Virus record (IMG/VR): IMGVR_UViG_3300046002_005803
Coordinates: 64,001-85,712 of that record
DNA: 21,712 nt
Strand: one strand, 5' to 3'
Source of the DNA: a virus
Taxonomy: Duplodnaviria > Heunggongvirae > Uroviricota > Caudoviricetes
Positions within the stretch are counted from its first letter, which is position 1; every line of letters starts with the position of its first letter. Under the pieces are notes generated by a model. It saw only the letters and a program-made list of their open reading frames with translations. It was not told the origin of the DNA and did not search any database. Positions 1 to 7,323 of this stretch are shown here, one piece after another. The position numbers and the translations under genes were made by a program.

Positions 1-1855
1 CTTTGAAGTATTCTTTCTTTTCAGCATCGGTCATCAGGCGAATTTTTTCTTTGACACGAATTACTGATGCTGGCATAGCACCTTCTGCTATATTTTTATC
101 TTGTAACCGTTTTTCTGCACGATTCAATCCAACACTTCTCATTGAAAATTTATGACCTGCTTTATTTGCAGATTTTGGGTCATTGTCTCTTATACCTTTA
201 CCAATAGTGGTAAATTGTTTATCTTGATCTTTCTCCGCTTTGTCATAGTAAGAAGTAACAGTGTCTCTATTCAATTCATCTAACTGGCCTTCTGACACAC
301 CTTGCTCCGGAGGTATAAAGTCTTCCAAATCCATACTAGAAAATCCTATAAAATCGTTTTGACTTCCGTGTGCCGCATTTTGTTTAATTTCTTGTACATA
401 CCGATCGGCACCTTCTGACAGATCACCGGCATCAAGTCCATCAATTGGATACATTACATATTGTTTATCTCCACGATGAAACGACACTGCATAGGAGTTA
501 CTGTCGGCCACGGCATAAATTTCAATAATGTATTTTCCGTCGTCGCTTTCAAAGTCTTCCTGAAAGAAAAATCTATCTCCCTGACCGTCTTTACGCTCAG
601 GTGGTGCTAACTCGTTCAATCCTTTCGAGCCTTTCGCCACACCTTGCTCATTAAATCTTGTATCATGTTTCATTGCAAGTGCATCATTTGTCCGCGGATC
701 GTCAATGAACTTTAATTCGTAATCAGGATGCTTCATTATCTGTTGATTGATATCATATGCTTTAGTGTGATGCTGCTGAGCCTTTTCTTTGTTACCTCTC
801 TTTAGATATGTTCTTGACAAGTAAGTGTGATGTTGATATTTTGATTTCAAATCATCTAATGATTCATTAAAGCCTTCCGCCACACCTTGCTCTGTATGAC
901 TTAAAATATTATTTTTAGGAACACGATATTTTGCCACAGTCTTTTCGGTGTTTCTTGGGCTTGGATCAACTGATTTAACAATAAGATGCCCGTCTTTCCA
1001 ACCAACTATGGTGCCTTCAATTTCAGGATAATGATTGCTGTGATACCAAGTAATCTTATCACCGGGATCGTAACCTTCCGCCACATCTTTCTCTGGTTCT
1101 GGTTTCTTTCTGGGACTATCTAACCAAGGATACTTGGAGCCTTCTGACACACCTTTCTCTGGTTCTGTTGGTTTGGGGTTGGGGTTCTTTCTGGGATTAT
1201 CTAACCAAGGATACTTGGAGCCTTCCTCCACATCTTTTGGTGTTACTCTATCGATACCTTTTTCTCTCCGTGAAATCATGCGTTGAGCAATGTCTTTATA
1301 TTCACCTTTTTTAGCATCTGGGGTAAGTCCTTTAACTTGTGCTTTTGCTTTTTCTAAATAACTTGCTTTAGTAGCATCACTAACCTCCGCGACACCTTGC
1401 ATCTCTTGGCTGCTGATTAGATAATCCATAACACTAACCATCATGCTTTTTGCTGCGCCAATCTTCTCTGATACCCACTCTGGGAATTCAGATTGAACAG
1501 ATAATCTCTCGTCTAAATCACTGGCAGCACGGGCGATAGTGTGTAAACTGTTCTTTAATGTGTGGCCTTCATGTTCACCTTGATCTAAATCATGTTTAAC
1601 AAATCCGGTTCTTTTTAATCTGCCTTGTCCAGGAACAACAATTAAGTCTTGTTCTGAAAGATCATCTTCAGTGACTTTGCTTTCTACAATGCTATTAGCG
1701 TAAGGACCTTTCTTTTTAGATTTGCCCTTTATTAATTGTTGTACTGGTTTTAGTCCACGAACATTAGTATTTTCGCGGGTTTGAGTCATCATAGGCTGTG
1801 CTACGGTGGCAACCGATCCTGCTGTTGTATTTTCTACTATTTGATTAAATCTCAT
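1..1855 (-). CDS. Modular, probably head-internal (capsid cargo) polyprotein, >618 aa, runs off the left window edge; absent from the ORF track
   Basis: Hand translation from ATG at 1855 (MRFNQIVENTTAGSVATVAQPMM...) is open to position 1 (...MTDAEKKEYFK). It lies 23 nt below a TAAATA box. It is built of short domains separated by V-x-E-G linkers (MQGVAEV, KDVEEG, KGVSEG, KDVAEG, EQGVAEG, EQGVAKG, EQGVSEG, KNIAEG). The ORF is secure; the function is inferred. Confidence 0.85.
   Translation of the reverse strand, partial: MRFNQIVENTTAGSVATVAQPMMTQTRENTNVRGLKPVQQLIKGKSKKKGPYANSIVESKVTEDDLSEQDLIVVPGQGRLKRTGFVKHDLDQGEHEGHTLKNSLHTIARAASDLDERLSVQSEFPEWVSEKIGAAKSMMVSVMDYLISSQEMQGVAEVSDATKASYLEKAKAQVKGLTPDAKKGEYKDIAQRMISRREKGIDRVTPKDVEEGSKYPWLDNPRKNPNPKPTEPEKGVSEGSKYPWLDSPRKKPEPEKDVAEGYDPGDKITWYHSNHYPEIEGTIVGWKDGHLIVKSVDPSPRNTEKTVAKYRVPKNNILSHTEQGVAEGFNESLDDLKSKYQHHTYLSRTYLKRGNKEKAQQHHTKAYDINQQIMKHPDYELKFIDDPRTNDALAMKHDTRFNEQGVAKGSKGLNELAPPERKDGQGDRFFFQEDFESDDGKYIIEIYAVADSNSYAVSFHRGDKQYVMYPIDGLDAGDLSEGADRYVQEIKQNAAHGSQNDFIGFSSMDLEDFIPPEQGVSEGQLDELNRDTVTSYYDKAEKDQDKQFTTIGKGIRDNDPKSANKAGHKFSMRSVGLNRAEKRLQDKNIAEGAMPASVIRVKEKIRLMTDAEKKEYFK
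287..1402 (-). repeat. Dispersed in-frame 18-21 nt linker repeat, consensus GAGCAAGGTGTG(G/T)C(G/A)GAAGGC (EQGV[A/S]EG)
   Basis: Near-identical 21-mers at 872-892, 629-649 and 287-307. Partial copies at 1139-1156, 1073-1090, 1220-1237 and 1382-1402. All are in the same reading frame. Confidence 0.9.
1079..1225 (-). repeat. Imperfect tandem duplication (81 nt + 66 nt) encoding EGSKYPWLD[N/S]PRK...EPEK[G/D]V[S/A]
   Basis: 41-nt copies at 1104-1144 and 1185-1225 differ at one base. 14-nt copies at 1088-1101 and 1154-1167 are identical. Confidence 0.95.
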
Positions 1856-1878
1856 GCTGGTTTCCCAAAGTTATAGAG

Positions 1879-1886
1879 TATTTATC
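1879..1886 (-). promoter_or_regulatory. T4-like late promoter (GATAAATA)
   Basis: TAAATA at 1879-1884 is intergenic, 23 nt above the ATG at 1855. It is part of a 17-bp sequence repeated exactly at 8404-8420. Confidence 0.75.
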
Positions 1887-1907
1887 AAAATACCATAATA
1901 TGGAAAC

Positions 1908-3233
1908 TTAAGAGATTTTTCCGTTTGTAGGGGCAGTTTTTGGTACACCGCTTCTTTTTATTTTACCTAACCCTAGTCTCGTAGAGTTGTCCTGAATGCT
2001 ATACGGATTCACATCCACGGTTAGTGCGGTCTTAAATCGTGGATCATTTTTTTCTGACTCGGAAGGAATGTAACCACTTGCTTCACTTATTCCACCACGA
2101 TATTGATTGTCTTTACGCCCACCGTATGGATTTATTGCTGAAGTCTTTTCACTGGCAAATTGCATAGTGTAATTTTCACCGACATTATATGTAGGATCAA
2201 CTTTCTGTCTAGGCATACCTTTAGGTTGTTTTGGATCAACTGGATCAATATCTGTTGTTGTTAATCCAGTCTTTTTTAGTGCATCAATATACTTATGTTC
2301 TTCATCTTCACTTCCAAACGCCAGTATGGTACTAGGTGGTCCTTTACCAAAATCATGCTTTCCTAATCCTTTAAGATTGCTAATATGTTGACCTAACTTA
2401 TACCAATCATATACATCACTAACATCTACTTTAACAGTACCTGCGGGCATCGTTGGTTTAAACTCTGGTCCAGGAGGAGGACCATTTGGATCATAATCTT
2501 CGTCTGTGACATTACGATACATAGTTTCAAACGATAACTTCTCACTATGTAACTTGTTTCTTAAATCATACAACTTTGTAATATATCCCTGGCTACGCAA
2601 CATCTTAAATGCTAAATTCTCAGGTGAAAATTCACCCCCTTTATCTAACCCTGCTTGTCTATATCTTTTGATTGTATCTAATATATGTTTTACTCTGCTG
2701 TACTTTCTTGATTTGAGGGCAATCTCCATTACAGCTAATAACTTTTCATACTTACTTTTAGTGGCAGTTTGGTCAAAATCACTTCTACGCTTAGTGGGTA
2801 TTCTTATCCACTGGTCATTAATTATACTATATTCACCTAAACTTACTACAGGTTCTCTACTGTCTTGTACATACAATTCTACTGGAATTTTATGAATTGT
2901 TATATCATGGGAATCATTGTAAATTGTTTTCTTTGCATTGAATAACTCTTTATATACTTCATCTATAGGCAAATTGCCCATGTCTACTAATATATGCAAA
3001 TCTAAATCACTGTGCTTTGTGTAACTAAATGCAGCATTACTGCCTGATATGGTGATGTCTTTTACATCTAAATCATGTACCCCTAATTCCGATAAAAAGT
3101 CTTGTGCTATCTTTATAAGTTGTTCTCTAACTTCTGACCGTAGTTTAGTACCGTTCCATAACTTTGGATTAAGTTTGTCGTGGAATGTAACTGCATCACT
3201 TAGTTTAAAACTGTTTAATTCTTTTAGGTTCAT
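1908..3233 (-). CDS. Pol-beta-superfamily nucleotidyltransferase with C-terminal accessory modules
   Basis: ISGSN...SDLDLHI matches the hG[GS]x(n)DhD signature (GS 3039-3044, DLD 3000-3008). A third acidic strand (VELYVQD) and a helical region follow. The last ~200 aa are unrelated short segments separated by NVTDE, NVGE and GISE. Confidence 0.75.
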   Translation of the reverse strand: MNLKELNSFKLSDAVTFHDKLNPKLWNGTKLRSEVREQLIKIAQDFLSELGVHDLDVKDITISGSNAAFSYTKHSDLDLHILVDMGNLPIDEVYKELFNAKKTIYNDSHDITIHKIPVELYVQDSREPVVSLGEYSIINDQWIRIPTKRRSDFDQTATKSKYEKLLAVMEIALKSRKYSRVKHILDTIKRYRQAGLDKGGEFSPENLAFKMLRSQGYITKLYDLRNKLHSEKLSFETMYRNVTDEDYDPNGPPPGPEFKPTMPAGTVKVDVSDVYDWYKLGQHISNLKGLGKHDFGKGPPSTILAFGSEDEEHKYIDALKKTGLTTTDIDPVDPKQPKGMPRQKVDPTYNVGENYTMQFASEKTSAINPYGGRKDNQYRGGISEASGYIPSESEKNDPRFKTALTVDVNPYSIQDNSTRLGLGKIKRSGVPKTAPTNGKIS

Positions 3234-3237
3234 TAGT

Positions 3238-3245
3238 TATTTATC
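3238..3245 (-). promoter_or_regulatory. T4-like late promoter (GATAAATA)
   Basis: Abuts the terminator T-tract and lies 4 nt above the ATG at 3233. Confidence 0.7.
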
Positions 3246-3269
3246 AAAAAAAAGCCCCTTTCGGGGCCT
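3246..3269 (-). terminator. Intrinsic terminator GCCCC-GAAA-GGGGC followed by T8
   Basis: Hairpin at 3254-3267 with a GNRA loop and 8 T at 3246-3253 (minus strand), just after the glycosyltransferase stop at 3272. Confidence 0.9.
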
Positions 3270-3271
3270 TC

Positions 3272-4201
3272 TTATGCTGCTTTAATTGATTTGACTTCGT
3301 TGCCGTCTTTGTCAACTAGTTTCAATCCCAGACTTTGTTGTCTTTCCATGAACATTGGTCCAACTGTGTTAATTAGATGTTCTTGATTTTCCTGACAGAA
3401 CACATAACTACCTGAATGACGCAATAGAACACGCTTATCCACCCAAATCTTACCACCGATATCCCGCCAGTTTTCACAGAAAGTCCAATCTTCGCTATAG
3501 TAACGATTCTGACGCACCGCAGTGTCAAAATATGTTTTCAAGTGTTGATCATACTTTGGATCTAATCCAATGTCATTCTTGTATTGCTTGACTGCTGGAT
3601 GAGATTTCAATTTCTCAAATACATGTTTCTTCATTAGTAAGAAGCCAGTGCCTGCTTTAGATACTTCTTGTAATCCGTCTGTTCCTTCTTCAGCACCGTC
3701 AAATCCGTTAACTACCCACTTGATAGGCATAGTCTTCATGGGATACAATCCACCGATAACATCTACATCCCGATTTAACAATACCAACAAATGCCATGGT
3801 TCCCAACCAATGTCAGCATCAACAAAGAATAAGTGTGTTGCGTCAGGCATGTCTAAGAACTTAGCAGTTAGTGTATTACGGGCACGACTGATTAGTGATT
3901 CGTTGACCATTGTTTCCAATGTCCAGTCAATGTTTAATTGACGGGCGGTGTTAGCCCACTTGATGAAACTCATAAATGTTGATTCAGTCAACATACCTCC
4001 ATAGCAAGGCATAGAAATATGCACTTTGGTTGTACGCAGAAAGTCTACATTAACTTGTACTTGTCCTGCAGCGGGTGCTTCAGCAGGAGCATCTGCTGCT
4101 TTTTCTGCTTGTTCCTCTGCTGCTTGTGCAGCAATTTCTTGTACCATTTCTACTGGTACTGATTTTTCTTCTGCTGCTTCTTTGGGTTTTCTTGTTGCCA
4201 T
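3272..4201 (-). CDS. GT-A fold (GT2-like) glycosyltransferase with an Ala/Glu-rich N-terminal extension
   Basis: VHISMPCY first strand, SLISRARN, HLFFVDAD (DxD motif), VIGGLYP, GTGFLLM and SEDW acceptor-site motif. SD GAGGA upstream. Confidence 0.85.
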   Translation of the reverse strand: MATRKPKEAAEEKSVPVEMVQEIAAQAAEEQAEKAADAPAEAPAAGQVQVNVDFLRTTKVHISMPCYGGMLTESTFMSFIKWANTARQLNIDWTLETMVNESLISRARNTLTAKFLDMPDATHLFFVDADIGWEPWHLLVLLNRDVDVIGGLYPMKTMPIKWVVNGFDGAEEGTDGLQEVSKAGTGFLLMKKHVFEKLKSHPAVKQYKNDIGLDPKYDQHLKTYFDTAVRQNRYYSEDWTFCENWRDIGGKIWVDKRVLLRHSGSYVFCQENQEHLINTVGPMFMERQQSLGLKLVDKDGNEVKSIKAA

Positions 4202-4215
4202 AAGGTCCTCTTAAA

Positions 4216-4235
4216 TGATGTAATTATTTACATCA
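4216..4235 (-). promoter_or_regulatory. Late promoter (GTAAATA, 4225-4231) embedded in an 8-bp inverted repeat TGATGTAA-N4-TTACATCA
   Basis: The repeat is read directly from the sequence. The box is 23 nt above the ATG at 4201. Confidence 0.6.
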
Positions 4236-4257
4236 GGCAGAGGGGTACGAAATATTT

Positions 4258-7200
4258 TTATTTTTCGTCTAGATAATCAAATTTAGGAGCTTGCGGACGA
4301 CCATAATCTTGTTCACGTTTTTTCATCCGTTCTTGATCTCTTGCTGCTCTTAGTTTGGCAATAGGTGCACCTTTGATTAAGGCGTTTGCCATATGAGCCA
4401 TCACCTCTTCTTCTTCTATAGGTTCAATGGTAGCACCCATCTCATCTAGATGTTGTTTTGCTTCTAACAATTGATTGTATATTTTAACTTTCTGAATAGG
4501 AGTAGCATACTCAAGCATTGGCTTAATCTTTTTAATATACTCTTTAATAGCTTGCGGTTGATTGTTTGAATATTTTGCAGTAGTATCCATTAAATGCTTT
4601 ATCCACGCTACTCCTAGCTTTTGTGAATCAAATGCCTGCATCCAAACGTTTAATTTGTCTTGTTCACTTGCATTAGGATTTTTTAAGATATCACGCAATT
4701 GAGTAAAACTTATTCCAGTTCCACCTTTTTCAGGATCACGCTCTGTACCAATTGTTTGAAATTCAACTTGATTTTGTGTCCCACCATACTTGGCTAATGC
4801 AACTGGATCTTTCATGCGCTTTTCTAAACTATTTAACCACGACTCTGTACTGTCTTTTCTATCCGCACCTACTACAACTATAATTTTATTGTATTTACTA
4901 TTAGCCGGAAGAACAAGTTCTTTTTCAATCTTCTTCATTGCAGTTCCGCCTGCATCCCAAACTTGAATGTTGTTTGCATATTGTGGATACAACTTCTGCA
5001 ATGTTTTAACTTTGTCTGCTGGTGGAATAGGATCATCTGGACCAACAACTGGACTTACATATATGAATGGTACTCCACCCACTTGTTTTGCTATAGCAAT
5101 TGTTTCATCAATTAACTGTTCATGTCCTTTATGACCCACAAATGAACCATAAGTGATTACTGCGGTGGTTGTGCGATTTCCACCTTCAGTTGGCTTCTTG
5201 TTCATGGCTTGTTTGTCAGCCATCTTTTGCTGCATGTCAGGACTTGTTACTTTAGCAAGAGTACCGCTTGGCATATTAATAACAAGACCTTCAATCATAT
5301 CACCAAGTTGATCTTTCCCTGGTATAGGACTGTTAATAATCACCTTGCTTAATGCTTGTCTTGCAGCAGATAATATTGCTTTTGCTTTTTGTTTGTCAGG
5401 TGAATCCCCTCTCTGAGACACCGCATTCAATAATGCTGCTGAGTTCTTTACGATAGGATTAACAATTTTACTAACATCAATGCCTTTATGGCTCAATGTA
5501 TTATTAATCATTTTGATATCAGGGGTGCTATCTTTAATTAATGCTTCTTTAATCTCATCAGCATCAGGACTTTGTTCACCCGTACTGTATTGCTTAACAG
5601 TAATTGGAACAAGAGTCATTACCTTACCTAATTTCTTAGGATCATATGGGATGTTAACAAACTTAAAACCACCACTATCTTGTTGTGCCATTGGATTGAA
5701 TAACATTTCAGCATTGACAATTGTATCAGGTGGAATATCTTTCATAAATTTAGCATTAACAATTATACTTAATACTTTATCATAATTTTGTGTTCTTGTC
5801 AGTTGCTCATCAGATTGACCTTGACTTCTTCCATACTTCTCAAAATCACCAATGTTGGCTTTAGTCATGGGAGTTTCAACTCTACTAGTCATAAAGAATG
5901 GTTCACCATTTTGTGTTCTGCCAAATCTTATGCCAGCACCATCTACTTTCAAGTTAATAGGAACATTTGCAAAATTGCCACCATCTTGTGCTATCTCTTT
6001 ACAAAAATTGATAAAATCTGCATCCTTCATCTCAGTAGATGAACCAGGATTGTATATATGTTGAATACCCTTACGCTTATAGCTAGGAACTGCTTCGGCT
6101 AATGTATTCTTTGCCATTGATTTTACAACATCGGCATCAGCTCCTGCTTTTTCTTCAGCACCAGCTGATGTATATTTGAATGATTTACGGTATGCAGCAA
6201 GTAGTTGGTCTAATTCAGCGGACTTAGATAGTTTTAATGTGTCTAGTAAGGTGTTGATCGCTACCATTTTCTCTGCAATATCTTTATCAGGGTTATTTTT
6301 GTACATACCCTGTGCACCTGGCCCTATTGTCTTTTGCAAGAACCCCTGCATTACTTGTTCTTTTTCTTCAGGACTCATCAAAGAATTCATTACTTGTAAT
6401 AAGCCAGTGAATGACCAGAATTGTTTTTGCAATGCTTTTGCTTGTTTAGGATTTAATCGTTGGTCTAAAATCGTTGAAAAGATTTGTCCAATGTCTTGAT
6501 TATATCCTGATGTAGGTGCTTCCCGCATTACAGGTAAACCTTTACTAACTAACGGTTTTCCATTATCATCTAATACCGGTTCATACTTTGCTCGTAGTCC
6601 GCCACCTTCTTTGCTAGATACTGCAAAAGAATACATGTTATCTGTGGTAGGAACATCTTGTTCTTGTCTTAATTTACCTCTACCAACCAATTTTCGTAAT
6701 ATGAAGTCTTTGCGAGTTAGTGCTGTAAATGCTTGTATCAACCATTTATGGAATACACCTTTAACTCCTGCTTGCAAATCCTCCCATGCGCTACTATGAC
6801 TAAATCTAGCCCAATCAGTTGGATTGTCTTTTTCAAATTCTACAAATTCAAAATCAATCTGTACTTTAACAGGTGGGTCTTGCAATTCAAACAATCCAGA
6901 GAATTGTTCATTGCCTCTTTGAAATCCTAAAAATGTCGCAGCACCTATTTGTTTGTTAGTGTATGCTGTCAAGAATTGTTGTAAGTTAGGTTCTTTTGTT
7001 TTGTCAACCATGGTGTCAATATCACCAACAGTTGGTTTCTTTTCTGTAAATACCTCATCAGAGATACCCTTAACATTAAAGAAATGCAATGAACTTCCAC
7101 TTAAGAACTTACCACTTGTTAAGAGTTCATTACTCCATAATCCTTGCTTATACATTTTAAAATAAGCAGAATTAATTGCGTAAAGTAGTTCATTTAATTT

Positions 7201-7323
7201 AGGAACCATGTAACTACGCTTAGTTACCTTTAAATCTAAATGCTGTGCTTCTTTTCCGTTAATAGATAGATTGCCACCTTCGTCTAGGTGTGTACGACCT
7301 TCAAGTAGGGCACTGATTTTCAT
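4258..7323 (-). CDS. Three-domain fusion: Pol-beta-type NTase + ATP-dependent ligase/capping-type adenylation domain + HIGH-class (cytidylyl/NMN adenylyltransferase-like) NTase
   Basis: Domain 1: LSGSS (7093-7098)...GDIDTMVD (7015-7026)...VQIDF. Domain 2: NLKVDGAGIR (KxDG, 5938-5949), NAEML, EGLVI (5278-5292), LAKV. Domain 3: TAVITYG..HKGH (5122-5133), IIVVVGADR, GISFTQLR (4693-4713). Confidence 0.75.
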   Translation of the reverse strand: MKISALLEGRTHLDEGGNLSINGKEAQHLDLKVTKRSYMVPKLNELLYAINSAYFKMYKQGLWSNELLTSGKFLSGSSLHFFNVKGISDEVFTEKKPTVGDIDTMVDKTKEPNLQQFLTAYTNKQIGAATFLGFQRGNEQFSGLFELQDPPVKVQIDFEFVEFEKDNPTDWARFSHSSAWEDLQAGVKGVFHKWLIQAFTALTRKDFILRKLVGRGKLRQEQDVPTTDNMYSFAVSSKEGGGLRAKYEPVLDDNGKPLVSKGLPVMREAPTSGYNQDIGQIFSTILDQRLNPKQAKALQKQFWSFTGLLQVMNSLMSPEEKEQVMQGFLQKTIGPGAQGMYKNNPDKDIAEKMVAINTLLDTLKLSKSAELDQLLAAYRKSFKYTSAGAEEKAGADADVVKSMAKNTLAEAVPSYKRKGIQHIYNPGSSTEMKDADFINFCKEIAQDGGNFANVPINLKVDGAGIRFGRTQNGEPFFMTSRVETPMTKANIGDFEKYGRSQGQSDEQLTRTQNYDKVLSIIVNAKFMKDIPPDTIVNAEMLFNPMAQQDSGGFKFVNIPYDPKKLGKVMTLVPITVKQYSTGEQSPDADEIKEALIKDSTPDIKMINNTLSHKGIDVSKIVNPIVKNSAALLNAVSQRGDSPDKQKAKAILSAARQALSKVIINSPIPGKDQLGDMIEGLVINMPSGTLAKVTSPDMQQKMADKQAMNKKPTEGGNRTTTAVITYGSFVGHKGHEQLIDETIAIAKQVGGVPFIYVSPVVGPDDPIPPADKVKTLQKLYPQYANNIQVWDAGGTAMKKIEKELVLPANSKYNKIIVVVGADRKDSTESWLNSLEKRMKDPVALAKYGGTQNQVEFQTIGTERDPEKGGTGISFTQLRDILKNPNASEQDKLNVWMQAFDSQKLGVAWIKHLMDTTAKYSNNQPQAIKEYIKKIKPMLEYATPIQKVKIYNQLLEAKQHLDEMGATIEPIEEEEVMAHMANALIKGAPIAKLRAARDQERMKKREQDYGRPQAPKFDYLDEK

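Noticed and set aside
287-1402. Linker repeats as a CRISPR array or diversity-generating retroelement target
   Set aside because: The repeats are in frame and non-palindromic, with 48-320 nt coding spacers. There is no cas or reverse transcriptase gene and no adenine-specific variant pair.
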